Both the position numbers and the translations under genes were made by a program. The notes under the pieces are model-generated. The model was not told the DNA's origin, searched no databases, and worked only from the letters and a program-made list of their open reading frames with translations. Positions 19,079 through 29,285 of a stretch of 64,000 bases of DNA are shown here, piece after piece; within the stretch, counting starts at the first letter, position 1, and each line of letters opens with the position of its first letter. The stretch is from Candidatus Binatia bacterium (GTDB lineage: Bacteria; Desulfobacterota; Binatia; Bin18): the NCBI GenBank assembly GCA_963664395.2, contig OY761159.2, positions 4,000,001 to 4,064,000 on the forward strand, given 5' to 3'.

Positions 19079-19567
19079 TCACATCCCGGTTGGGTCGTAT
19101 CGCACCAGGGTGCGTGAGCCGTCGGCGAAGCCGCTCCGAAAGCGGTCTTCGTGGGCAGACCAGCCAGCCGCATATTTTTGGGCAAAGGTCTTATACATGA
19201 GTTCGTTGACGGCCTCGTCCTTCACTAGAGACCCGGTCGCCTCAAACGACTGCCCATCGCGCGAGCCGATCCAGACCTTGGCTTTTGTGCGTCCGGCCTG
19301 GATGCGCTTGACGCGGTGCGTAGACACTGGCGTCCCAACCCAGACGGCCCCGTCGTGATGGAAAAACCAGATCTCGGCCTGTGCGCCGAACTCGCCGCTT
19401 TTACGCTCGGACTGGATATAGACATATTTGCTGGAGTCCAGCGCCTGTTGCAGTTCCGGGGCGAATTCGGCTGCGGACTGCTGTGGGGCGGCGAAAAAAA
19501 AGAACGCGCCACTCAGCACGGCCAGGAGAACCCAGGGCGACCAATGGAAACGTGTCTGTAAACGCAT
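19079..19567 (-). CDS. Exported split-barrel flavin/deazaflavin-binding-like protein (PNPOx/DUF2255-like)
   Basis: Signal peptide ending SAA-E; RKSGE...EIWF...VWVGT...KY pattern. Confidence 0.6.
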   Translation of the reverse strand: MRLQTRFHWSPWVLLAVLSGAFFFFAAPQQSAAEFAPELQQALDSSKYVYIQSERKSGEFGAQAEIWFFHHDGAVWVGTPVSTHRVKRIQAGRTKAKVWIGSRDGQSFEATGSLVKDEAVNELMYKTFAQKYAAGWSAHEDRFRSGFADGSRTLVRYDPTGM

Positions 19568-19590
19568 ACTACCTCCGGTACGTATCGGAT

Positions 19591-20211
19591 TTATGACCCA
19601 CTCTGCGCGTCATACTTTGCTTCGGAAACGACCTTCATCGACTGAATAAAGATGGGCTCCTGCGGCACGTCAGCATGCATGCCTCTCTGTCCGGTTTGCA
19701 CCCCTTCGATTGCACTCACGACGTCCATGCCTTCAATGACCCTGCCAAATACGCAGTACCCAAACCCTTGCATTGAGGTATCTTTATGATTCAGAAAGTC
19801 ATTATCCTTGACATTGATGAAGAATTGAGAGGTGGCAGAATCAATCATGTTGGTGCGGGCCATGGCCAGCGTTCCGGTATCATTGGTCAGGCCGTTGGCG
19901 GCCTCATTTTTGATCTGCGGCTTGGGCGGTTTTTGCTGCATGGCCTGGGTAAAGCCTCCCCCTTGGAGCATGAAGCCGGGAATCACCCGATGGAAAATCG
20001 TCCCATCATAAAAGCCCTCGTTGACATAGGCGAGAAAGTTCTTGACCGTCACCGGTGCTTCTTTCTCAAACAGCTCAATCTTCACCTCTCCCTTGGACGT
20101 TGACATGAGAACCACAGGTCCTCCGGCTGCCCCACCACCAGCCTCCGAACACCCAGGTTGGCTGAGCAGTAATACGACTGAAAAAATAACGAGCTGTTTC
20201 ACACCCCACAT
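19591..20211 (-). CDS. ppiA: Periplasmic cyclophilin-type peptidyl-prolyl isomerase
   Basis: FYDGTIFHRVIPGFMLQGG, GTLAMART, SATSQFFIN, GYCVFG; N-terminal signal. Confidence 0.92.
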   Translation of the reverse strand: MWGVKQLVIFSVVLLLSQPGCSEAGGGAAGGPVVLMSTSKGEVKIELFEKEAPVTVKNFLAYVNEGFYDGTIFHRVIPGFMLQGGGFTQAMQQKPPKPQIKNEAANGLTNDTGTLAMARTNMIDSATSQFFINVKDNDFLNHKDTSMQGFGYCVFGRVIEGMDVVSAIEGVQTGQRGMHADVPQEPIFIQSMKVVSEAKYDAQSGS

Positions 20212-20307
20212 TATTTTCCCTCCAAATACCAGGCTTCAACAGTCCGACAGCCTAACCTAGCCTGAGGGCGAAGGGAAGTGCCTGAGAAGGGCTCTCAACA
20301 CCCGGAT

Positions 20308-20946
20308 TTACAACTGCTCCAAATACTCCAACACCTCCTGCAAAGGCAGCACATCCCCGTACTTTGAGCCGATATCGAACAGATTGGCTTCGTGTGGCTC
20401 TTGGGCTCGGTCGCCGACACACTCAATCGGAACAATAGGCCGAAAGCCGTTGGCCAGCGCATCCATCACCGTCGCGCGGACACACCCGCTGGTGGTACAG
20501 CCAGTGACTATGGCGGTATCAACCGACTGCATGGTTAAGGTCGAGGCAAGATAAGTTCCGAAGAAGCCGGAGGCGTATTTTTTGGTAATCACCAGATCTC
20601 CGGGCTCGTGGTTGAGGCGCGGGTCGAGCTTGACCAAATCGCTCCCGATTGTGAGCAGCCGCAAAGATGGGGCCTTTTCGGGCCACAGGCCGGCGTCGTC
20701 CTGCCGGTGTGGGTCATACCCCACGACCGTAAAAATAATAGGAACGTTCTTCTTCCGAGCGGCGTGGATGAGTTCGTTCGTCGCCGCGACCTCGGCGTCG
20801 AGATTACCGGCAAGGGGAGACTGTTCCGGAACAGTAAAGCCCAGCTGAAAGTCCACCACAATAAGAGCCGGCTTTTTCCCAAAGCCAAGGGTATGGCCGA
20901 GCTGGGCATATTCATAAATCGCGTGTTTGTCTTCCGTCTGAGCCAT
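20308..20946 (-). CDS. Isochorismatase-family cysteine hydrolase (N-carbamoylsarcosine/maleamate amidase-like)
   Basis: ALIVVDF, KKYASGFFGT, GCTTSGCVRAT, NLFDIGSKYGDV. Confidence 0.88.
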   Translation of the reverse strand: MAQTEDKHAIYEYAQLGHTLGFGKKPALIVVDFQLGFTVPEQSPLAGNLDAEVAATNELIHAARKKNVPIIFTVVGYDPHRQDDAGLWPEKAPSLRLLTIGSDLVKLDPRLNHEPGDLVITKKYASGFFGTYLASTLTMQSVDTAIVTGCTTSGCVRATVMDALANGFRPIVPIECVGDRAQEPHEANLFDIGSKYGDVLPLQEVLEYLEQL

Positions 20947-20960
20947 AGCGCTCTCCTTAT

Positions 20961-22379
20961 TTATAACCCTCGGGGCTTAACAACCTGCTCAACAAATCTG
21001 CCACTCGGCTGTTCGGCCACAATCTCACCGTCTTCCATCACCAACTGGCCACGCAGGAAGGTTTTCACCGGGATGCCCTTGACCCGCCGGCCTTCCCATA
21101 ACGAATAGTCCGCGCGCGACCGCATCCGGTCGACCCCAAGCACGGCTTCCTTTTCCGGGTCCAAGACCACGATGTCCGCGTCAGAGCCAACCGCCAGCGC
21201 CCCCTTCCTGGGATACAGGCCATACAGCTTGGCCGCATTTTCGGACAAGACTTTTGAGAGTGTTACCAGATCGATACGGCCTTTGTTGACGCCTTCGTGG
21301 AACATGAGCGGCAGGGTATCCGCGACCTGAAGATTAATGCCAACGCGACAATCCCAGAAGTCTCCGTCGGTCTTGAACGACGAGGAGTAAGTCAGGCTAT
21401 CCGTCCCGACGACCGACAACGTGCCTTCCCGCAGACCGCGCCACAGCCGCTCTTTATCTTTATCAAAACGAATCGGCGGCTGAATTTTCGCTTTGCCGCC
21501 CATGCCCTGAGCATCCATTTCCGGGGCAGTAGTATTGAGAAAACACGCCACCGTTTCTCCAACAATGTTCAATCCTTCGGCGTGCAGGCGCTTGACCGTT
21601 TCCACGGTATGCGCCGCGCTGATGTGGACCGGGTAGAGCGGTACGCGGAGTTGGTTGGCAATCATCCCATAGGTATAGACCTGCACACTTTCGGCCCACT
21701 CCGGACTGGACTCGGCCCAGGCCGTGAGTTGGTCGGCGCGGCCCATCTCTCGCAAGCGGTCGATGAGGATGCCACGGACATGGGGGTCTTCAGCATGAAT
21801 CTTGGCAAAAGTGGGGGGCCCGCAGCGGGCCAATTGTTCACACGCGGCATGAAAAAAAGAAGGCGTAATACCTTCCGGATTCATGCCAAAGGCTTCGGCC
21901 TGCGGGCCGGCATAGCCGGTAAAGAATTTGTAGGACACGCCGCCCTTTGCGGCCACTGCCGGAATTTGGGCGACTTGATCGAGCGTGTTGACCACGCAGG
22001 TCACCTTGAAATCGCACCAGGAATGATTCGTGCCACATTCGACGGCCTGGTCAAACAGGTCGAGCATTGGGTCCTGGCCGATTAAGGTCGTGGTGGCAAT
22101 AGTCGTGACCCCGCCTATCAGACAATCCTTGGTGTCACGCAGGAAATCTTCGACCATGGCCTCATCGCCAAAGCGGTCCGAGATGCCGAAGTGGACGTGC
22201 GGGTCAAAAGTTCCAGGGAACAGAATTTTGCCCTCAACATCGATTTCGCGCTTGGCCTGGCCCAGGCTCGAACTCGCACCGACCGCGACGATCTGTTCGC
22301 CTTCAATGGCAATCCCGCCTTGGATCACTCCACTCGGCGTGACGACCAACCCGTTCTTCAGGACGATGTCATGCGACAC
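20961..22379 (-). CDS. Cyclic amidohydrolase (dihydropyrimidinase/allantoinase family)
   Basis: DPHVH, SYKFF, IHAE, VHIS, KIQPPIR, GTD, GSDADIV; GTG 22379 has AAGGAGG RBS. Confidence 0.85.
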   Translation of the reverse strand: MSHDIVLKNGLVVTPSGVIQGGIAIEGEQIVAVGASSSLGQAKREIDVEGKILFPGTFDPHVHFGISDRFGDEAMVEDFLRDTKDCLIGGVTTIATTTLIGQDPMLDLFDQAVECGTNHSWCDFKVTCVVNTLDQVAQIPAVAAKGGVSYKFFTGYAGPQAEAFGMNPEGITPSFFHAACEQLARCGPPTFAKIHAEDPHVRGILIDRLREMGRADQLTAWAESSPEWAESVQVYTYGMIANQLRVPLYPVHISAAHTVETVKRLHAEGLNIVGETVACFLNTTAPEMDAQGMGGKAKIQPPIRFDKDKERLWRGLREGTLSVVGTDSLTYSSSFKTDGDFWDCRVGINLQVADTLPLMFHEGVNKGRIDLVTLSKVLSENAAKLYGLYPRKGALAVGSDADIVVLDPEKEAVLGVDRMRSRADYSLWEGRRVKGIPVKTFLRGQLVMEDGEIVAEQPSGRFVEQVVKPRGL

Positions 22380-22417
22380 AGCAGCCTCCTTTTTTGCTAG
22401 CACATAATCTCGGAGCG

Positions 22418-22447
22418 ATTATCGAACCAAAAGGAGCGGAATGTCAA
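22418..22447 (-). promoter_or_regulatory. Sigma70-type promoter TTGACA-N18-GATAAT for the amidohydrolase operon
   Basis: tgtcaa at 22442-22447 and attatc at 22418-22423 on the + strand. Confidence 0.5.
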
Positions 22448-22590
22448 TGTAAGGGCGAGCCCTGGCTCGGGCGTCCCGTGCATCGCATTGACCGCTCTGT
22501 ATCTCTTTGGACCTTTTGGGGCCTCTTTCTCTTTTTGTTGTTTTTGCGCTAAAAGCGTGGAACGAGACGTAACGAAAGAAGGAGGATGCT

Positions 22591-23529
22591 ATGGCAGTCA
22601 ACGATGATCTGAGTGAAGCCCAAGTGGAGGAGTTCTTCTCGACCCTAAGCAACTGGGGAAAATGGGGAGCGACCGATCAGCTTGGCGCGCTCAACTATAT
22701 TACGCCTGAGAAACGCTCTCAAGCCGCGGCCGAAGTCCAAGACGGACACCCCGTGTCGCTGTCTCTCCCATTGGCGACGCATCATGGACCGGATAATCCG
22801 ACCCCGGTCATGCACCTGATGATGAAGACCGGCGCACCGGGTGAAGAGAGCTTGGTCCCACTACCATACTGTGCCGACTATTTTGCCATCGCGCCGCATG
22901 GGGTGGCGAATACGCATCTCGACGCACTGTGTCATGTGTTTCATAACGACAAGATGTATAACGGCTATCCCTCCTCTGACGTGACTACACAGGGCGCGCT
23001 GAATGGAGCCATCCATTCAATTAAAAACGGCATTGTGTCGCGCGGTGTATTGATCGATATCCCAAAACTCAAGAACCGTGACTATCTGGAACCGGGTGAG
23101 GCCATTACGCCGGCGGACTTGGAAGCCGCGGAGCAGGCTGGAAACTTCAGGGTTGAAGAAGGCGATGTGCTCTTTGTGCGGACCGGTCGCCATGTGCGCC
23201 AAAAAGCCCAAGGCAATTGGAACGCGCTTCAGGACGGCTTGGCCGGGCTGGGCGCGGCCTGCTTGCCCTGGATACATGAGCGTAAAATTGCGGTGCTCGG
23301 GTGTGACGGGGTGAGTGATGTGGTGCCGAGTGGCTATGACACGCTCATCATGCCCATCCACTCGTGTACCCTGGTTGCCATGGGCATACACCTGCTCGAC
23401 AACTGCATGTTGGACGATTTGAGCGCCGCCTGCGCCTCACGCTCACGCTGGACTTTCATGCTGACTGTGGCGCCGCTGGTTTTGATGAAGGGGACGGCCT
23501 CACCGGTGAACCCCATTGCCATGTTTTAG
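22591..23529 (+). CDS. Cyclase family metal-dependent hydrolase (kynurenine formamidase-like)
   Basis: NWGKWG...GALN, HGVANTHLDALCH, GDVLFVRTG, GTASPVNP. Confidence 0.88.
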   Translation: MAVNDDLSEAQVEEFFSTLSNWGKWGATDQLGALNYITPEKRSQAAAEVQDGHPVSLSLPLATHHGPDNPTPVMHLMMKTGAPGEESLVPLPYCADYFAIAPHGVANTHLDALCHVFHNDKMYNGYPSSDVTTQGALNGAIHSIKNGIVSRGVLIDIPKLKNRDYLEPGEAITPADLEAAEQAGNFRVEEGDVLFVRTGRHVRQKAQGNWNALQDGLAGLGAACLPWIHERKIAVLGCDGVSDVVPSGYDTLIMPIHSCTLVAMGIHLLDNCMLDDLSAACASRSRWTFMLTVAPLVLMKGTASPVNPIAMF

Positions 23530-23537
23530 ACACGCTG

Positions 23538-23572
23538 CGGGGCAGGGGAGAGGGCTCTCCTGCCCCGTTTTT
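23538..23572 (+). terminator. Rho-independent terminator
   Basis: 13-bp GC-rich stem CGGGGCAGGGGAG/CTCTCCTGCCCCG, 4-nt loop, then TTTTT, 8 bp after the cyclase stop. Confidence 0.8.
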
Positions 23573-23715
23573 GCGGAGGAAGCCCGGACCCTGCCCGACG
23601 CCTCCGTGATTTATCCTATGAGAATTATGGGCAGTTCCTGCTCGGTCTGCCTGACTTCGATCCCAGGGGATAAGTAGAACCAATAATGGGCGCATCGGAG
23701 GTATAGGAGGACGCT

Positions 23716-24156
23716 ATGGCCCGCTTACATCTGGAAACGGCAAATACCATCGTGACGGAAGCACTACGCAAAGCACGCGCAATGAATGCCTCTCCACTGG
23801 CTGTGGCCGTATTGGACGAAACCGGGCAGATAAAGTCTTTTCAACGTGAAGATGAAACCAGCTTGATGCGCGCCGACGTTGCGACCGGCAAGGCCTGGGG
23901 CGCATTAGGCATGGGTCGCTCGTCTCGGGTGCTGGGCAATGTCGCGGCAGAGCGTCCCCACTTTGTTCAAGCCTTGACCGCTGTCGCGCAGGGGAAGCTT
24001 GTGCCGGTTCCGGGTGGGGTGCTGATCCGCGATGCCTCACAGTCTATCATTGGGGCGGTTGGGATATCGGGCGACACCTCGGATATCGATGAGGAATGTG
24101 CCGTGGCCGGCATTGAAGCCGCCGGGCTGACGGCTGATACGGGCGTCTCTTCATAA
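23716..24156 (+). CDS. GlcG/HbpS family heme-binding protein
   Basis: AVAVLDETG, ATGKAWGA, PGGVLI...IGAVGISG...DE. Confidence 0.88.
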   Translation: MARLHLETANTIVTEALRKARAMNASPLAVAVLDETGQIKSFQREDETSLMRADVATGKAWGALGMGRSSRVLGNVAAERPHFVQALTAVAQGKLVPVPGGVLIRDASQSIIGAVGISGDTSDIDEECAVAGIEAAGLTADTGVSS

Positions 24157-24191
24157 GAGACCAGAGAGACCAGAGAGACACAGGAGCAAGA

Positions 24192-24977
24192 GTGATGGGA
24201 TTTGCTGATATTGACGGACTACGGGTTCATTATCATAGCGCCGGACACCTGAGTGTCTCAAAAGGTCAGCGCGTCTTATACGTCCACGGAACCGGCTGTG
24301 ACGGCCGGGTGTGGCACAGGCATATGCAGGCGATGGCTGACCGTCATACGCCGGTAGCGATAGACCTGCCGGGGCACGGCCAGTCGTCCGGCAGCGGGTT
24401 TCGTGGCGCGGCGGATTACACCCATTATGCTGTCCGACTGGCCGATCATTTGGGCTGGGATCGTTTTGTGATCGCCGGACATTCGCTCGGCGGCGGGGTC
24501 GCCCTGACCGCGGCGGTCTACTACACGGACCGCCTCGCCGGCATGATGCTCATTGATACGGGCGCGCGGTTGCGGGTGGACCCGAACGTCCTTGAGAATT
24601 CGCGCCGGCTCGCCGCGGGTGAAGCCGGCATTGCCATTGATCCGCGTTTAGGCTTTGCCAAAAGCACGCCCCAGTCGATTGTCGATACGATCAAGGCCTT
24701 GACGGCCGAGAGCGACCCGAAGGTGACATACAAGGACTGGATCAGCGACGACACATTCGACTGTATGAGTCGAGTCGGCAACATCCAGACCCCTTCGATC
24801 GCGATCTGCGGTGACGAAGACTATTTTACGCCTGTAAAATATTCCGAGTACCTCCGCGACCGGATGCCGCACTGCCAACTGGCAGTCATTCCCCAAGCCG
24901 GCCACTGGACGTATGAGGAACAACCGGAAACCTTCGACCGTATTGTCCGAGCCTACTTGGACAATCTGCCGTCCTGA
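24192..24977 (+). CDS. Alpha/beta hydrolase
   Basis: VHG, DLPGHG, GHSLGG nucleophile elbow, GDED, AGH. Confidence 0.88.
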   Translation: MMGFADIDGLRVHYHSAGHLSVSKGQRVLYVHGTGCDGRVWHRHMQAMADRHTPVAIDLPGHGQSSGSGFRGAADYTHYAVRLADHLGWDRFVIAGHSLGGGVALTAAVYYTDRLAGMMLIDTGARLRVDPNVLENSRRLAAGEAGIAIDPRLGFAKSTPQSIVDTIKALTAESDPKVTYKDWISDDTFDCMSRVGNIQTPSIAICGDEDYFTPVKYSEYLRDRMPHCQLAVIPQAGHWTYEEQPETFDRIVRAYLDNLPS

Positions 24978-25005
24978 TAAGGCTGCGGTCGTCCAACCTT
25001 TTGTT

Positions 25006-25034
25006 CCCTCTCCCTCTGGGAGAGGGCCAGGGTG
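25006..25034. repeat. REP-like palindrome CCCTCTCCC-tct-GGGAGAGGG between convergent genes
   Basis: Perfect 9-bp stem followed by ccagggtg; degenerate copy at 29305-29324. Confidence 0.55.
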
Positions 25035-25074
25035 TCTGATTGAATGTTCTTTACAAACCTAACAGCAAAGTGGG

Positions 25075-25992
25075 CTACGCCCCCTCCTGCGCTACGCCGC
25101 CAAGACCGGGCGTATGTCGGACATGACCCCAGATGCTGCCGGAGGTATGCATTTGGACCTGCCAGGTAGCGTCGTCCACTTCACGTGCCCCCCAGCCATA
25201 TTCAACCGCAAAGCCGGACGGCGTCTGCATATAGAACGAGGTCATATGGTCGTTGGTATGGCGGCCGAGACTCATCGTAATCGGCACATCCTGGTCCTGG
25301 CACAGATAATAGGTCGAACCAACATCATTCAGCGACTGCGTCTGGAGCATAAAATGATTCAAGCGTTTGGGCGGGTTGGGGGCTTCGACAAAGGCGATCG
25401 AATGATGGCGCGGATTGCAGTGGAAAAAGGTGGCCTGAAACGTTACGCCCGGAGCCGGGGTGATATGGACATAGTCGCTGATCCGCATCCCCAGGACATC
25501 ACGATAAAAGTTGATGCTCTGTGCGGCGTTATTCACCAGGATCACAAAATGTCCTAAGCCCTGCTCCCCGGTCTTAAAGCCCGAGATCGGCCGGGGTGAT
25601 TGAAACGGTTTATCAAAATGAACCAGCGGACCATAGAAAATCTCCGACGGAATACCGCTCGGGTCTTGGAAGCGAATCAGCCCGGCCACGCGCCGGGTGG
25701 CCAGCTCTTCAGGCGTGCCCGGTGTCACTTCGACATCGGCGGCCTGTAGCTGGTCCGCCAAGGCGTGTAAGGCGTGCTCATCCGCAACCTCCCAGCCAAT
25801 ATAGGCCAGGTCATCCTTGCCCGTAGGATGCACGAGAAAGCGATGGTGGTACTCATCCATCCGCAGATGGAGCGAGTCGTCATCGGCGTGTTCGCTCACA
25901 GCCAGTCCGAGCACCCCGGTGGCGAACTGTTCCCATATGGTCATGTCACTGACGCTGAGCCCCAAATATCCGAGTTGTGATACGCTGGTCAT
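25075..25992 (-). CDS. Extradiol ring-cleavage dioxygenase, BphC/HsaC family
   Basis: QLGYLGL, LRMDEYHHR, GLGHFV, FHCNPRHHS, LNHFM, LGRHTNDHMTSFYMQTPSGFAVEYGW. Confidence 0.92.
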   Translation of the reverse strand: MTSVSQLGYLGLSVSDMTIWEQFATGVLGLAVSEHADDDSLHLRMDEYHHRFLVHPTGKDDLAYIGWEVADEHALHALADQLQAADVEVTPGTPEELATRRVAGLIRFQDPSGIPSEIFYGPLVHFDKPFQSPRPISGFKTGEQGLGHFVILVNNAAQSINFYRDVLGMRISDYVHITPAPGVTFQATFFHCNPRHHSIAFVEAPNPPKRLNHFMLQTQSLNDVGSTYYLCQDQDVPITMSLGRHTNDHMTSFYMQTPSGFAVEYGWGAREVDDATWQVQMHTSGSIWGHVRHTPGLGGVAQEGA

Positions 25993-26159
25993 GCTGTCCT
26001 CCTGTTCAAACGGCAGCTCCTAGTTGAAGCATTGTTCTGCATTCCTTCTCCAAGCGCAACCTGTTTTCTTCTCCCACGCTATTGGGGATAGCACTTTAGG
26101 GTATCCCTGCTAGGAATAACAGATATTTTGAAATGGACGTGTAGCGAAAGAACGATTTC

Positions 26160-29100
26160 ATGGCGGGACCATTCACAGCATATTTCAACGCGATCAAAGG
26201 CCTTGATGCTGCCGAGGCCACCGAGCACACTTTACGCGGCGCACTGGAAACTCTCCTGAACGCCATTGCCGCCGACGCCCGCCTGAATGTTCGGGTCATT
26301 CACGAGCCTAAGCGAGACAAGACCAAGCTGGGCGCACCGGACTTCAAGATCAAACTGAACGAAGCGACGTTGGGCTATCTCGAAACCAAGTCCATTGGCG
26401 ACAACCTGGACGCGGTTCTGCAATCCGTTCAAATCGCCAAATACAAACGATTGTCCGAGAATCTCATCCTGACCGACTATCTGGAGTGGCTCTGGTTGAG
26501 GGACGGTAAAATTATCAAGCGTGAAACGCTGTGCTACCCCAGCGATGCAGGCAACCGCAAGGCCCGGCTCGACTCGGACAAGGCAGAAAAAGTAGCCACG
26601 CTGATTGCCGATTTCCTGTCCGTCCCGCCCGCCAAGTTGGGCAACACTAACACCTTATCCCGTGCGCTGGCTGTGCGGTGTCATGACCTGCGTGATTTCC
26701 TATTAGAAGAACTGGAACGACAGGAGAAGGAACACCAGGAAGGGAAACTGTATGGTCTGTATGAGGTCTTTCAGAAAGAAGTATTTCAGGGACTCATGCT
26801 CAAGGAATTTGCCGATGCTTTTGCCCAAACGCTGGGCTATGGGCTGTTCCTCGCTAAGCTCAATGCCGGGGAGACGACTACCATCACCCTGAGAAACGCC
26901 AAGCAGCATATCTCGACAAATTTTGCCTTACTGCGTGAGTTAGTGAATTTCCTGGACGAGTTAGACCAGGACGAATACCGGGGCATTAGATGGTTGGTAG
27001 AAGAAATCCTCAGCATCATGAACACGCTCGACCTGACCGCTATTCGTGAAGACCTGTCTTTCTCGAAGCGATTAAGCCAGCCTTCTCTGACGACAGACGA
27101 ACGAGAGTTATTTGCCAAAGACCCGTATATCTATTTTTATGAAGACTTCCTGAGAGCGTATGACAAGGATATGAGCCAAAGACGAGGCGTGTATTACACG
27201 CCGCTGCCGGTGGTGTCTTTCATTGTCCGGGCCGTCAATGACCTTCTCAAGGATACGTTTGGCATCTCCTCTGGTTTAGCGGACCGCAAGCGGGTGACGG
27301 TGTTAGACTTTGCGACCGGTACCGGCACCTTTCTCCTGGAAGTGTTGCAACAGATATTCGAGGCTGTCCCTGAGAGTGTCCGTAATCAGGTTGTGCAAGA
27401 ACACGTCCTGAAAAACCTGTACGGCTTTGAATATCTGATTGCCCCGTACACAGTCGCACATTTGAAGCTGTCGCAATTCCTGCGCGACAAAGGCTACGCC
27501 ATGCAGCCCGGCGAGCGGCTGAACATTTATCTGACCAACACCCTGGAACCTATCGAACCACAGCGGAACTTGCTGTTACCGGCGCTGTCACGCGAAGTGG
27601 AGGCAGCCCAGGCAATCAAAGACAAACCCATTCTGGTGATTACCGGCAATCCGCCGTATTCGGGGCATTCAAAAAATAAAGGGAAGTGGATTACCGGGCT
27701 AATAGACACCTATAAGAAAGGTTTTCCAGAATTGAACAAACCGGGACAAGGAAAGTGGCTGCAAGACGATTACGTAAAGTTCATCCGCTTTGCCCAATGG
27801 AAAATGGAACAGGTAGAGGAAGGTGTGGTTGGCATTATCACCAACCATTCCTTTTTGGATAACCCGACTTTCCGAGGAATGCGCCAATCCCTGATGCGTA
27901 CCTTTAATCAGATGTATTTGATGGACCTGCATGGCAACACAGAGAAGAAAGAGAGCACACCAGAGGGCGGCAAGGATGAAAACGTGTTTGACATTAAGCA
28001 GGGCGTAGCAATCTCTCTACTCGTGAAAAAGAAGGGATTGCCAAAGAAAATCTACCGGGCCGACCTATGGGGGAAACGGAAGGAAAAGTATGTCAGTTGT
28101 CTGGAGCGAGACCTAGGTTCGGTAGAGTGGAAGACTTTACACCCTACCGAACCGTTTTACCTGTTTACGGAACGCGACGCCGAATTGGAAAAAAGCTACT
28201 ACGTTCTCTCCTCTCTCCCTGAAATTTTCGGGAGGAACGGCGACCCTGCACCGGGTATCGTTACCACACATGACGGATTCGCTATTTCCTACACGCCGGA
28301 AGAGTCCGTCAGTAAGGTGGAACAATTGCTCGCTACAAAAGATGAACAAGAGGCTCGAAGATACTTCCAGCTATGTAAGCAAAGCCAGTGGAATTATACG
28401 AAGGCAAAGGAAGAACTCGTAAAAAATGGCTGGCGGGAAGAAATTGTTCCCGTCTTATACCGTCCTTTCGATCAACGTTGGACCGTGTTTGATCGCAATG
28501 TGGCTGTACACCGCCGCGAACGGGTTATGTCTCACATGCTGGCTGGGGAGAATGTAGGTATCATTACGACACGAGGCACTAAAGACGAGTGGGCTGTCTT
28601 GGCAACCAAATATATCGTAGCTAATAAGTCAGGCTCACGTTATGACATAAGCTACTTGTTTCCCCTCTACCTCTATCCATCGCTAGAGGGGCAGACAAAA
28701 AGTCGATCCACACTCTTTGCAGACGCCGACCCCTTCCAAGGCAAAGAGCGCATAGAAAATTTCAGTCCCGAGTTCCGGGCGTTTGTGGACAAGCACTATG
28801 CGCACCACTACAGCCCCGAAGAAATCCTGGGCTATATCTATGCGGTTCTCCATAGCCCGACCTATCGAGAGAAATACGTTGACTTCCTGAAAATCGACTT
28901 CCCGCGCATTCCGTTCGTGAACCGGCGCAAGACGTTCGAGGCATTATCGGCCCTTGGTTGGGAACTCATGCAAGCCCACCTGCTCAAAACTATTCCCAAC
29001 GCTCTGACGGTCGATGTCACCGCTGGTGATTTCGAGGTTGAAAAACCGGGATACGACCCGCAACACGAGCGGCTGCATATCAACAAAACGCAGTATTTCT

Positions 29101-29285
29101 CCCCCGTTCCGGCGGACGTGTGGGCGTTTCATATTGGTGGCTATCAAGTGCTCGACAAATACCTCAAATCTCGCAAAGGCCGGACGCTTTCTCTCGATGA
29201 AATCGAGAACGTTCAGAATGTCGTCAACGTACTCCGGTTTACTATTGACCAGATGCGGCGGATTGACGTGAGGTGGAAGCCATGA
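26160..29285 (+). CDS. Single-chain restriction-modification enzyme (PD-(D/E)xK nuclease, N6-adenine MTase, type ISP-like specificity domain; Type IIG/IIL-like)
   Basis: PDFK...YLETK, GVYYTP, DFATGTG, GNPPY, DDYVKFIR, YRPFD, DFPRIP, IGGYQVLDKYLK; no helicase motifs. Confidence 0.88.
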   Translation: MAGPFTAYFNAIKGLDAAEATEHTLRGALETLLNAIAADARLNVRVIHEPKRDKTKLGAPDFKIKLNEATLGYLETKSIGDNLDAVLQSVQIAKYKRLSENLILTDYLEWLWLRDGKIIKRETLCYPSDAGNRKARLDSDKAEKVATLIADFLSVPPAKLGNTNTLSRALAVRCHDLRDFLLEELERQEKEHQEGKLYGLYEVFQKEVFQGLMLKEFADAFAQTLGYGLFLAKLNAGETTTITLRNAKQHISTNFALLRELVNFLDELDQDEYRGIRWLVEEILSIMNTLDLTAIREDLSFSKRLSQPSLTTDERELFAKDPYIYFYEDFLRAYDKDMSQRRGVYYTPLPVVSFIVRAVNDLLKDTFGISSGLADRKRVTVLDFATGTGTFLLEVLQQIFEAVPESVRNQVVQEHVLKNLYGFEYLIAPYTVAHLKLSQFLRDKGYAMQPGERLNIYLTNTLEPIEPQRNLLLPALSREVEAAQAIKDKPILVITGNPPYSGHSKNKGKWITGLIDTYKKGFPELNKPGQGKWLQDDYVKFIRFAQWKMEQVEEGVVGIITNHSFLDNPTFRGMRQSLMRTFNQMYLMDLHGNTEKKESTPEGGKDENVFDIKQGVAISLLVKKKGLPKKIYRADLWGKRKEKYVSCLERDLGSVEWKTLHPTEPFYLFTERDAELEKSYYVLSSLPEIFGRNGDPAPGIVTTHDGFAISYTPEESVSKVEQLLATKDEQEARRYFQLCKQSQWNYTKAKEELVKNGWREEIVPVLYRPFDQRWTVFDRNVAVHRRERVMSHMLAGENVGIITTRGTKDEWAVLATKYIVANKSGSRYDISYLFPLYLYPSLEGQTKSRSTLFADADPFQGKERIENFSPEFRAFVDKHYAHHYSPEEILGYIYAVLHSPTYREKYVDFLKIDFPRIPFVNRRKTFEALSALGWELMQAHLLKTIPNALTVDVTAGDFEVEKPGYDPQHERLHINKTQYFSPVPADVWAFHIGGYQVLDKYLKSRKGRTLSLDEIENVQNVVNVLRFTIDQMRRIDVRWKP

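Noticed and set aside
26088-26113. CIRCE-like TAGCACT...TGCTA upstream of the R-M gene
   Set aside because: Right arm and spacing deviate from TTAGCACTC-N9-GAGTGCTAA, and the context is not heat shock
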